This document shows positions 42,851 through 54,821 of a stretch of DNA of 64,000 nt, piece by piece. The notes under the pieces are model-generated. The model worked only from the letters and a program-made list of their open reading frames with translations, had not been told where the DNA came from and did no database searches. Where the stretch lies: positions 25,544,001 through 25,608,000 of the forward strand of contig OX597827.1 of NCBI GenBank assembly GCA_951406725.2. The letters are read 5' to 3'. The first letter of the stretch is position 1; each line of letters opens with the position of its first letter. The position numbers and the translations under genes were made by a program. Source of the stretch: Octopus vulgaris (taxonomy: Eukaryota).

Positions 42851-43287
42851 TGATAATATTTAAACTCGGGAAGTCGGAACGTAATTGTGGGTGGATGATT
42901 ACACTGAACTCATTAAATGACTGTTTCTTTATTTAATCAATCCCAAAACGATGAAAATTAAAATTGACTTCAGAACGTAATAAGCAGTAAGAAGTGCTTC
43001 CAAGCCTTTTATCCAATGCGTTAACGATCTTTCCCAGCACGCTGCCTTCGAAAATTAACAACAGCATCGACAGCAGCAGCAGAAGCAGCAGCAACAACAA
43101 GGAAGACGACGACGACAGCAACAACAGCAATAATGAGTTTAGGTTTGGCCAGAACAAACCAACAATTTTGAGTGGGTGAGTGTGCTAATCGGCGCCTGCC
43201 GTCCACTACAGTACCTGACTAGTACAGCACTCTATCGTCCCGCAACGGAAGGAAGCGATGTTGAAATCGGCGAGATTTGATCTCTTC

Positions 43288-43415
43288 ATATAAAGAGTCG
43301 GAACAAATAACACAAAAGGATTTTTCTGACGAAATAATAAAGTTGGAACCGAGGTATTGGCTTTTCGGATGTGCAATTAATAATTACAGATAACACCATC
43401 TGCACTCTTGAACAC

Positions 43416-43459
<44 letters not shown>
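43288..43459 (+). repeat. Left copy of a long flanking direct duplication
   Basis: Identical to 47465-47640 (about 133 bp of unique sequence plus (TA)n). Confidence 0.92.
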
Positions 43460-43461
<2 letters not shown>

Positions 43462-43786
43462 ACAATCAAGGAACGGCCATAATAGGCCATTCACCCACTA
43501 GAAATAACAGCCAAAGCTTCAACCGCAAATAAAAATTAATTCCGTAAACCAGGAGAAAATTTAAAAAACATTTACCCTGTAATTTCTTATACGATGTACC
43601 GTTTCATCTGCTGATTAATGGTAAACTAACCTGATTAAATTAAATCAAGCCAATCTTCCAAAGGCCCTCAGATTCTTCAGTAAGAAATAGCCCAAGTCGG
43701 AACAGATATTTTCACGAGGCATTTCCGACCTTGCCAAGGTTATATCTGACCTAAAATTTTCAAATCGTCGCACTCGCGCCAAATTT
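43458..43786 (-). repeat. Inverted partial copy of the 492-bp unit, including its hammerhead
   Basis: Reverse complement of the unit segment aaatttggcgcgag...ccttgattgttgat. It overlaps the forward array by AAATTT at 43781-43786. Confidence 0.93.
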
Positions 43787-46700
43787 TCTCCTGGTTTACG
43801 GAATTAATTTTTATTTGCGGTTGAAGCTTTGGCTGTTATTTCTAGTGGGTGAATGGCCTATTATGGCCGTTCCTTGATTGTTGATGTTGAACTTAAAAAT
43901 GGTCTATGACTATTTAATTTTTTCCCACTAGGCCGCTGGTGGCAAAAAAATTCTACAAAATTTTTTTTGCCACCCTATATTGATTAATTATGAATTTTCT
44001 GGTTAATTCCGTAATGGAATCGACGGCTTATATTTATTTGCTGCCGATAAATTTGGCGCGAGTGCGACGATTTGAAAATTTTAGGTCAGATATAACCTTG
44101 GCAAGGTCGGAAATGCCTCGTGAAAATATCTGTTCCGACTTGGGCTATTTCTTACTGAAGAATCTGAGGGCCTTTGGAAGATTGGCTTGATTTAATTTAA
44201 TCAGGTTAGTTTACCATTAATCAGCAGATGAAACGGTACATCGTATAAGAAATTACAGGGTAAATGTTTTTTAAATTTTCTCCTGGTTTACGGAATTAAT
44301 TTTTATTTGCAGTTGAAGCTTTGGCTGTTATTTCTAGTGGGTGAATGGCCTATTATGGCCGTTCCTTGATTGTTGATGTTGAACTTAAAAATGGTCTATG
44401 ACTATTTAATTTTTTCCCACTAGGCCGCTGGTGGCAAAAAAATTCTACAAAATTTTTTTTGCCACCCTATATTGATTAATTATGAATTTTCTGGTTAATT
44501 CCGTAATGGAATCGACGGCTTATATTTATTTGCTGCCGATAAATTTGGCGCGAGTGCGACGATTTGAAAATTTTAGGTCAGATATAACCTTGGCAAGGTC
44601 GGAAATGCCTCGTGAAAATATCTGTTCCGACTTGGGCTATTTCTTACTGAAGAATCTGAGGGCCTTTGGAAGATTGGCTTGATTTAATTTAATCAGGTTA
44701 GTTTACCATTAATCAGCAGATGAAACGGTACATCGTATAAGAAATTACAGGGTAAATGTTTTTTAAATTTTCTCCTGGTTTACGGAATTAATTTTTATTT
44801 GCGGTTGAAGCTTTGGCTGTTATTTCTAGTGGGTGAATGGCCTATTATGGCCGTTCCTTTATTGTTGATGTTGAACTTAAAAATGGTCTATGACTATTTA
44901 ATTTTTTCCCACTAGGCCGCTGGTGGCAAAAAAATTCTACAAAATTTTTTTTGCCACCCTATATTGATTAATTATGAATTTTCTGGTTAATTCCGTAATG
45001 GAATCGACGGCTTATATTTATTTGCTGCCGATAAATTTGGCGCGAGTGCGACGATTTGAAAATTCTAGGTCAGATATAACCTTGGCAAGGTCGGAAATGC
45101 CTCGTGAAAATATCTGTTCCGACTTGGGCTATTTCTTACTGAAGAATCTGAGGGCCTTTGGAAGATTGGCTTGATTTAATTTAATCAGGTTAGTTTACCA
45201 TTAATCAGCAGATGAAACGGTACATCGTATAAGAAATTACAGGGTAAATGTTTTTTAAATTTTCTCCTGGTTTACGGAATTAATTTTTATTTGCGGTTGA
45301 AGCTTTGGCTGTTATTTCTAGTGGGTGAATGGCCTATTATGGCCGTTCCTTGATTGTTGATGTTGAACTTAAAAATGGTCTATGACTATTTAATTTTTTC
45401 CCACTAGGCCGCTGGTGGCAAAAAAATTCTACAAAATTTTTTTTGCCACCCTATATTGATTAATTATGAATTTTCTGGTTAATTCCGTAATGGAATCGAC
45501 GGCTTATATTTATTTGCTGCCGATAAATTTGGCGCGAGTGCGACGATTTGAAAATTTTAGGTCAGATATAACCTTGGCAAGGTCGGAAATGCCTCGTGAA
45601 AATATCTGTTCCGACTTGGGCTATTTCTTACTGAAGAATCTGAGGGCCTTTGGAAGATTGGCTTGATTTAATTTAATCAGGTTAGTTTACCATTAATCAG
45701 CAGATGAAACGGTACATCGTATAAGAAATTACAGGGTAAATGTTTTTTAAATTTTCTCCTGGTTTACGGAATTAATTTTTATTTGCGGTTGAAGCTTTGG
45801 CTGTTATTTCTAGTGGGTGAATGGCCTATTATGGCCGTTCCTTGATTGTTGATGTTGAACTTAAAAATGGTCTATGACTATTTAATTTTTTCCCACTAGG
45901 CCGCTGGTGGCAAAAAAATTCTACAAAATTTTTTTTGCCACCCTATATTGATTAATTATGAATTTTCTGGTTAATTCCGTAATGGAATCGACGGCTTATA
46001 TTTATTTGCTGCCGATAAATTTGGCGCGAGTGCGACGATTTGAAAATTCTAGGTCAGATATAACCTTGGCAAGGTCGGAAATGCCTCGTGAAAATATCTG
46101 TTCCGACTTGGGCTATTTCTTACTGAAGAATCTGAGGGCCTTTGGAAGATTGGCTTGATTTAATTTAATCAGGTTAGTTTACCATTAATCAGCAGATGAA
46201 ACGGTACATCGTATAAGAAATTACAGGGTAAATGTTTTTTAAATTTTCTCCTGGTTTACGGAATTAATTTTTATTTGCGGTTGAAGCTTTGGCTGTTATT
46301 TCTAGTGGGTGAATGGCCTATTATGGCCGTTCCTTGATTGTTGATGTTGAACTTAAAAATGGTCTATGACTATTTAATTTTTTCCCACTAGGCCGCTGGT
46401 GGCAAAAAAATTCTACAAAATTTTTTTTGCCACCCTATATTGATTAATTATGAATTTTCTGGTTAATTCCGTAATGGAATTGACGGCTTATATTTATTTG
46501 CTGCCGATAAATTTGGCGCGAGTGCGACGATTTGAAAATTTTAGGTCAGATATAACCTTGGCAAGGTCGGAAATGCCTCGTGAAAATATCTGTTCCGACT
46601 TGGGCTATTTCTTACTGAAGAATCTGAGGGCCTTTGGAAGATTGGCTTGATTTAATTTAATCAGGTTAGTTTACCATTAATCAGCAGATGAAACGGTACA

Positions 46701-47428
46701 TCGTATAAGAAATTACAGGGTAAATGTTTTTTAAATTTTCTCCTGGTTTACGGAATTAATTTTTATTTGCGGTTGAAGCTTTGGCTGTTATTTCTAGTGG
46801 GTGAATGGCCTATTATGGCCGTTCCTTGATTGTTGATGTTGAACTTAAAAATGGTCTATGACTATTTAATTTTTTCCCACTAGGCCGCTGGTGGCAAAAA
46901 AAATTCTACAAAATTTTTTTTGCCACCCTATATTGATTAATTATGAATTTTCTGGTTAATTCCGTAATGGAATCGACGGCTTATATTTATTTGCTGCCGA
47001 TAAATTTGGCGCGAGTGCGACGATTTGAAAATTTTAGGTCAGATATAACCTTGGCAAGGTCGGAAATGCCTCGTGAAAATATCTGTTCCGACTTGGGCTA
47101 TTTCTTACTGAAGAATCTGAGGGCCTTTGGAAGATTGGCTTGATTTAATTTAATCAGGTTAGTTTACCATTAATCAGCAGATGAAACGGTACATCGTATA
47201 AGAAATTACAGGGTAAATGTTTTTTAAATTTTCTCCTGGTTTACGGAATTAATTTTTATTTGCGGTTGAAGCTTTGGCTGTTATTTCTAGTGGGTGAATG
47301 GCCTATTGTGGCCGTTCCTTGATTGTTGATGTTGAACTTAAAAATGGTCTATGACTATTTAATTTTTTCCCACTAGGCCGCTGGTGGCAAAAAAATTCTA
47401 CAAAATTTTTTTTGCCACCCTATATTGA

Positions 47429-47436
<8 letters not shown>
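43781..47436 (+). mobile_element. Tandem array of ~7.4 x 492-bp hammerhead-containing units (retrozyme/Penelope terminal-repeat-like)
   Basis: Units start every 492 bp from 43781 (one unit is 493 bp) and differ at only a handful of positions. Each full unit has a hammerhead. The array ends at attaattat-(TA)n. Confidence 0.9.
44147..44253 (+). ncRNA. Type I hammerhead ribozyme (first forward copy; repeated in all 7 full units and the inverted copy)
   Basis: Stem I atttctta (44147-54) / taagaaat (44246-53); CTGAAGA 44155-61; stem II atctg/cagat; GAAA 44230-33; stem III cggtacatcg; predicted cleavage after GTA at 44245. Confidence 0.9.
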
Positions 47437-47464
<28 letters not shown>

Positions 47465-47472
<8 letters not shown>

Positions 47473-47592
47473 AGTCGGAACAAATAACACAAAAGGATTT
47501 TTCTGACGAAATAATAAAGTTGGAACCGAGGTATTGGCTTTTCGGATGTGCAATTAATAATTACAGATAACACCATCTGCACTCTTGAACAC

Positions 47593-47640
<48 letters not shown>
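47465..47640 (+). repeat. Right copy of the long flanking direct duplication
   Basis: Identical to 43288-43459. Confidence 0.92.
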
Positions 47641-47673
47641 GTACATACATACATACATACATACATACATACA

Positions 47674-47709
<36 letters not shown>

Positions 47710-47875
47710 TACATACATACATATACATAATGCAATCGGATAAAGGAACTGCAACTGTAACATCCAACATATATTTTTATTCTCCTATTTCCCTTTATAC
47801 TTCTTATATCTCTCCCTTTCCAAAACAACTTCTTATACTGAACTCTGCTATTTCCTTCTAGTTAACTCTCTCATA

Positions 47876-47927
47876 TAGTGTCTGATAATGGGGAATCCTT
47901 TATATCCCTGAAACAGCTGTAAAACTA
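47876..47927 (+). ncRNA. Degenerate type I hammerhead in a ~270-bp microsatellite-flanked element (47728-47992)
   Basis: tagtgt-CTGATAA-tgggga..tccct-GAAA-cagctg-TA-aaacta. G8A core change; same palindromic cagctg as at 12957. Confidence 0.65.
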
Positions 47928-48005
47928 CCTCTCTCTTTATAAATGTCCTAGAAATTCATACTGCCTTGGCTTTGTTGTCTCATTTTATTCAACACACACA
48001 CACAC

Positions 48006-48053
<48 letters not shown>

Positions 48054-48254
48054 TCATATACGCTTTTTATGTGTTGTGTATCCCTATATTCCCTTCTCAT
48101 TTTCTTTCTCCCTATCTCTGTATGTATTTATATATATGGGCAACTCAGTAACAAATTACGAATTCAAATACACAAGCTACGAAATTCAAAGTGACATTCA
48201 CAGTGGATATTATTTTGGTATTTGAAGAAAACTGTTGTAAAAGCTAAAAGTAAA

Positions 48255-48290
48255 TGTCGGACGTTTGGGGCACGGCCCTTCGTCAATATG
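48255..48290 (-). ncRNA. Relic minimal hammerhead
   Basis: Minus strand: TTGACGA-a-gggc(cgt)gccc-CAAA-cgtc. Two core substitutions. Confidence 0.45.
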
Positions 48291-49350
48291 CAGTGAAAAG
48301 TCCAGAGAGAAGGAAATCGAAGGTGGAAAATGAGACAAGAACAAAGTGATAGGAAAATAGCGCAGGTGTACAAACAAAGAAGCATAAAATATTTGGCAAG
48401 AACGAAAGAAACGAATGATTCGTATACACTAAAGCGAGTTCTATCTCCCTCATTAGCCGTTGAACAGATATCATTAAAATTTCAACGCCTTCTGACAATT
48501 TTGCATCTGGATCGTAAGATGCTGGAATATAGATGGCCGAACACATAAATAAAATGGGTGTGTATACTCTCTGTACATACCACTGAGAATAAGAAGATTC
48601 AATACTGATGACAGTAAAATTCTAGTGTGTACTGAAGATATTAGATAACCATCAGTTTCGATCTCATCTCCGGAATCCTCAGGCTAAACTATTTCGGAAA
48701 GATTTTTTCTGTTAACAGGAAATTAATTTCTGTGATATATAAGTCAGTTCTGGTTAGGTCTCTAAAGTTTTGAGTGAGTTGGTTTATTACTAGCTGATTA
48801 ACTTGCGACGTATAATGTGCTGGTTAACGTTTGAAGCAGAAAGGATCTCACACGTGTTAAAATATATGTACAGACGATGGCTGAATATCAGAAACGCCAG
48901 AGGAAATCGGGTTCGGAGAATAGGAACAAGAGTGAGACAAAACAGAAGAATGCACTGGTGTGTATAATTATGTATGACAAAACCTAAATATGTATGTGTG
49001 TGTTCGTGTGAGTTCTTGTGCATATGTGTGCATTTTATACATTTTTGTACATGTATAAGCGCCTCGTTTGCTGAAAATGGTTTGGACAATTACTATTTTG
49101 AGGGCGCTTGTTGAAACTGCAGTAAATGTCCACAATTGTCTTCTTGCATTCAGATAGTATGTCTGTTCTTTAGCGTCGTGTATATTTTGGAAATATATAT
49201 TTTGTGTCTTAAGATTAAATTTTTCGTTTTTAGCTGGATCCAATTAGCTCCCAGGGACTGACCTTTCCTCTCTGGAAATAGAGATAATTTCAATGAACAT
49301 GCACTCTTTCTTTGGTGTTCACATACATCACACTGATACCCAAATTTTCA

Positions 49351-49423
<73 letters not shown>

Positions 49424-49715
49424 TTATATATATATATAACGTAAATCTAAAGATGAATTGCTTCGATTGTTGCGTGAAAAGTGGACAGAAATTCCACAAG
49501 AGACAATCACAAAACTCATCAGTTCAATCCCAAAAAGAGTTTCTGAATCAAAAACTGCAAAGGGAACGTCAACTAAATACTAAAGTTTGTAATCCTACCT
49601 ATCGATTACATTTCAATTGTTCGCTTTGCATATTAAACAAAAGATTTTGAAAATTAAAGATGTCTATTTCCTTCCTGAATGTGTGTATGCATATAAATAT
49701 ATATATATATATATA

Positions 49716-50593
49716 CGGTCTGATCACTAAGTATCCGGACTGTTGCCATACTAACGAAGCTAAAACACCCAGAATGAAGCCAGAATGAAGCCGCAGAATG
49801 AAGACTGACCTTGAACTCCATTGTTTATGTGCACTAAGTGATAACATTCTAGCTCTCTCCCGCTGTTCACGGCAGTGCTTAGAAAGAAGGCGTGTAGCGT
49901 GTGTTTGGTCGCATTGCCCATAATAGAAAAAGTTGTCAGGGCGATACCTGATCAGAGGTCTACGCATAGTTACAGAAAGTGTATGGAGAGGAGCGTGTGA
50001 GCCAACGTTTTCAACATAGCCGAAGAATGTCGATATAGAGGAACGTTCTGGGAGACCCGCAACCAGAAGAACTAAGAAAAACCTCGCAGATGTACGTACA
50101 GCTATGAGGAGAAATCATCGAATCACCATTCGTGAGCTATCAGAGGATTTGTAGATTAGTTACAGTTCAGTTCACTCCATTATCACTCAAGATATGGGTG
50201 TGAGACGTGTGCCTGACAAGTTTGTGTTAAAACTGCTTTCAACTGACCAAAAAGGCACACAGCTTTCAGTTGCCCAAGATCTCCTTGAATGTGTCGAAAA
50301 CGATGAAAACGCTTTGAAAACTTTGCGTAGGGCACTGAACAGGTATTGCCAAGCTTTTCGCAAAATTCGAGGCAGATTCTCTTCTCAACTTTCTCAGTCA
50401 TGGCAACGCAACGATTACACCCTACACACGTTCGTTCCAAGCACTGCTCTAAACAGCGGAAGCGAATTAGAACGTTAAAACTTATTGCGCATGCAGAGCA
50501 GAGTTCATGATCAATCTATGTGAAGCAGCTTTACTTTGCGTGCTTCATTTTCAAAACTATGACAACAATCCGGATACTTATTGATCAGACCTC
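49716..50593. mobile_element. Non-autonomous mariner derivative built from two opposed 5' ends
   Basis: TIRs ggtctgatca(c/a)taagtatccgga(c/t)tg at both ends. Plus-strand remnant MGVRRVPDKFVLKLLS..QK; minus-strand N-terminus MTEKVEKRICLEFCEKLG at ~50320-50401. Confidence 0.8.
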
Positions 50594-50594
50594 A

Positions 50595-50759
50595 GGCGCA
50601 GGAGTGGCTGTGTGGTAAGTAGCTTGTTTACCAACCACATGGTTTCGGGTTCAGTCCCACTGCGTGGCACCTTGGGCAAGTGTCTTCTACTATAGCCTCG
50701 GGCCGACCAAAGCCTTGTGAGTGGATTTGGTAGTCGGAAACTGAATGAAGCCCATCGTA

Positions 50760-50792
<33 letters not shown>

Positions 50793-51018
50793 GCGTGTGT
50801 GTGTTTGTGTGTCTGTGATTGTCCCCCTAGCATTGCTTGACAACCGATGCTGGTGTGTTTATGTCCCCGTTACTTAGCGGTTCGGCAAAAGAGCCCGATA
50901 GAATAAGTACTGGGCTTACAAAGAATAAGACCCGGGGTCGATTTGGTCGATTAAAGGCGGTGCTCCAGCATCGCCGCAGTCTAATGACTGAAAGACCTAA
51001 AAAAAAGAAAGAGTAAAA
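50595..51018 (+). mobile_element. SINE family A, full length
   Basis: A box tggctgtgtgg, B box ggttcagtccc, internal microsatellite and A-rich tail. Confidence 0.88.
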
Positions 51019-51156
51019 GATATATATATATACGTATACATACATAAATATATATATATAGTGGAACTGAACCCGGATGTTGGGAAGCAAGCCTCCTTCC
51101 ACACAGCCACACCTGTGCGCCTGTCTGTTGAATATAAGGAGCGAAACAAGGATCGA

Positions 51157-51200
<44 letters not shown>

Positions 51201-51297
51201 GGGGAGAAGAGAAAGAGAGAGATAGAGTGAGAGGGAAAGGAGCGGAGAAATTAAAGACTTGGTTCTGTCTTTTGTTCAGTCCTTTCGGCTCTTTATA

Positions 51298-51708
51298 GGC
51301 GTAGGAGTGGCTGTGTGGTAAGTAGCTTGCTAACCAACCACATGGTTCCGGGTTTAGTCCCACTGCGTGGCATCTTGGGCAAGTGTCTTCTGCTATAGCC
51401 CCGGGCCGACCAATGCCTTGTGAGTGGATTTGGTAGACGGAAACTGAAAGAAGCCTGTCGTATATATGTATATATATATATGTATGTGTGTGTTTGTGTG
51501 TCTGTGTTTGTCCCCCTAGCATTGCTTGACAACCGATGCTGGTGTGTTTACGTCCCCGTTACTTAGCGGTTCGGCAAAAGAGCCCGATAGAATAAGTACT
51601 GGGCGTACAAAGAATAAGACCCGGGGTCGATTTGGTCGACTAAAGGCGGTGCTCCAGCATGGCCGCAGTCAAATGACTGAAACAACTAAAAGAGTAAAAG
51701 AGTAAAGA

Positions 51709-51710
<2 letters not shown>
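51298..51710 (+). mobile_element. SINE family A, near-identical to 50595-51018
   Basis: Shares variants not seen in the other copies here (gagcccgatagaataagtactgggc, agacccggggtcgatttggtcga). Tail is (GTAAAAGA)n. Confidence 0.88.
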
Positions 51711-51766
<56 letters not shown>

Positions 51767-51894
51767 GTATATATATTTGCAAAGATAATCTGGAACTCGA
51801 CTGAGGAAAGAAAACTCCGAATGACCCATCCTTGTTATATATATATATATATATAAATATATAACCTTTTATCAGTCACTTCTTTTTTTTTACG

Positions 51895-52166
51895 TTGGTA
51901 GTAATTCTATCGCTGTCGTTTGTTGAACTGCTAATTTAAAGGGAAGTAAACACCAATAGTGATTATCAACACAGTCCGAAAGACACACACAGACACATAG
52001 ATATCCACCACACCATACACACATGCGCACAAACACATCACCAAATCTATAAGCCTTGGTCGTCCCGACGTTATAGTGGAAGACTCTTGTCCAAGATGCC
52101 ACGCAGTGGAACTGAACCCGGATGTTGGGAAGCAAGCCTCTTTCCACACAGCCACACCTGTGCGCC
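51895..52166 (-). mobile_element. SINE family A, older copy
   Basis: ccaagatgccacgcagtggaactgaacccgga...ccacacagccacacctgtgcgcct. Confidence 0.72.
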
Positions 52167-52263
52167 TGTCTGTTGAATATAAGGAGCGAAACAAGGATCG
52201 AATGCAAACTTATAAGCTTGTTTTGTAGTGTTTATGTAATTTTAGCTTCCTCCTGAAAAGTAT

Positions 52264-52314
<51 letters not shown>

Positions 52315-54089
52315 GAGAAGAGAAAGAGAGAGATAGAGTGAGAGGGAAAGGAGCGGAGAAATTAAAGACTTGGTTCTGTCTTTTGTTCAGTCCTTTCGGC
52401 TCTTTATCCGCTGCCCTAACAATCATCTTAGTGTATTCTCCAACGAAATATTGCCAAAGGAAATTTTAGTAACCTCTGTGACATTTCGATGGGCTTTGGT
52501 CTAGCAGACACAGTGGATTGCCACATCAAATATTTTCACATATTTCGTTTTGCTTCTTTATTTCTTCATATTTTGATTTGAAATTCTTCCGTTCTGAAAG
52601 CAACTTTACGATTCATCCTTCCGTGGCCAGTAAGATATAGTCAAGTACTTGACTAAAAGCATCTAAGATGTAAAGAAAATTATGACAGGAAACTACAAGA
52701 TATTTTCGCTTTCATCCTTCCAGGATCGATGAAATGTGGCCATGTTAAGTTGTTGGTTGGATTTAGTCTATTAATCATTCTCCTAATGTTTGTAATGCTT
52801 TGTCTATTTTATAAATCATTATAGGCTAATGGTGGTTGCTAAAAACGGAAGGATTCTCAGCATCGACGGAGATTTAGATAAACCAACTTTCTCTCTTCGC
52901 TACTGTCCTTTATGTTCTGTGTTCGCCTGCAACAACATTAGCGCCGAAATGTATCTGCGGAGGCGTTTGCCTTGTAAAACATTAGTGAAATGGAGACAGG
53001 AGATTTACAGCCTGGCCGGGCTTCCATAGATATAAAAGTCATCAGGAGTGTACTATGAATAAGAATTTTCCAGGTGCCGTTATGTGTTTAACCCTGACCG
53101 AGAGCAGTCACGGACACACTGCGGACCGCGGGAGATTCTGAATGTCACGTCTAATATTATGAAGAAAATAACATAACTCGTGTTTCATGTGGCCTCCTCC
53201 ATGACAAATGTTGCTTATGCCTGCATTCGAGATACAACTTCAACAATTCTTTGTGAATTTCAATTTCTAGCCATTTCAGTTCGTGTTTATTGCTAAGAAT
53301 TCTTTAAAGCCATTAACATTACAAATTTTGTTTAACCTTCATGTGATAATGTTAGACTTCATGCGCAGTTTCAGGAGCTACCTCGAAATATAATCTAACG
53401 TAATACCCTTGAGGTATCCAGGCAGAACCAGAAGCATCGATGTTTTTATTTAAGAAAAGTCTAAAAGAGAAACAGCTGCTATAAAATGGCTACAACTACA
53501 GTTAAAGATTTATACTGTGGTTGAAATGTTAATAGAGCGAGTTAAAATTTTGACATAGATTCCAAGATCAATACAAAACTCTATGTGTCTTTAGTTATTC
53601 CATCAGTATTTCTCAAGGGGACATTATCCTCCGAACGGAAAATCTTATCTAAAATAAATACGTACAATCGCTGTTTGGCATTTCTTTAAAGAAATGAATG
53701 GTTCTATGAAGTGTGTGGTCGGTAAGATATTTAGGTAATGGTTTGGATGGATAATGTTTAGAGAAGCACGAATAGAAATTATTTTCAAGATGCAGTACTT
53801 CTCAAGAAGATTCTGTCGAATGGCGAACTGTGAAGCAACATCCTTCGAGCGACGTCGTCTTTTCTTTACATGTCAAGCGCTTCTCTTTCTCTGCGGCAAG
53901 TTGATAAAATATTCCACTACAGAGAATAATTTTGTAAAGTTTTCAAATACAACATGGCATATGTCTACCCAACGTCAATAACCTAATGTTGATCTCTTCA
54001 CAGTTCGGATTCCTTAATAATGTTGATTCTTGGTTAAAATTCAAAGGATTATTTGTGTAAAGTCATATCCAACCATCTATCGATCTATG

Positions 54090-54167
<78 letters not shown>

Positions 54168-54181
54168 AATCTCTGTCTGTC

Positions 54182-54253
<72 letters not shown>

Positions 54254-54373
54254 CCTATCTATCTATCTACCTATCTGTCTATCAATCATCTCTCTCTTTC
54301 TCTCTCTCTCTATCTATCATCTCTCTCTCTATCTATCATCTCTCTCTCTATCTATCATTTCTCTCTCTGTCTG

Positions 54374-54448
<75 letters not shown>

Positions 54449-54477
54449 CTCACTGTTTGTGTATCTATCTATCTGTC

Positions 54478-54513
<36 letters not shown>

Positions 54514-54785
54514 ATCTATCTATTTATCTATCTGTCAGTCTACCTTTCTGCCTATATACATATATTTAGTAATCTATCTTCACACACACACGCACACACA
54601 CACACACACACACACGCACACACACGCACACGAACACACACGCGTGCGTGTGCGTGCATAAGTATAGATCGCCTATAGATATATGTATATGACAGAAATG
54701 TATATGCGTTAAGATATATCATATAATATACTTTCTCTATCTCACACATACACACACACATGCACACATACATACACACACACAT

Positions 54786-54821
<36 letters not shown>

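Noticed and set aside
43990-44190. 66-aa ORF repeated in every array unit; unit length 492 is a multiple of 3
   Set aside because: No recognisable domain, it overlaps the ribozyme, the unit variants inside it are non-synonymous, and it ends in a stop, so endless rolling-circle translation is not supported in that frame.
48601-48642. aata-CTGATGA-cagta...tactg-aaga-tatt hammerhead-like hairpin
   Set aside because: Lacks GAAA, stem III and a cleavage triplet; either incomplete or chance.
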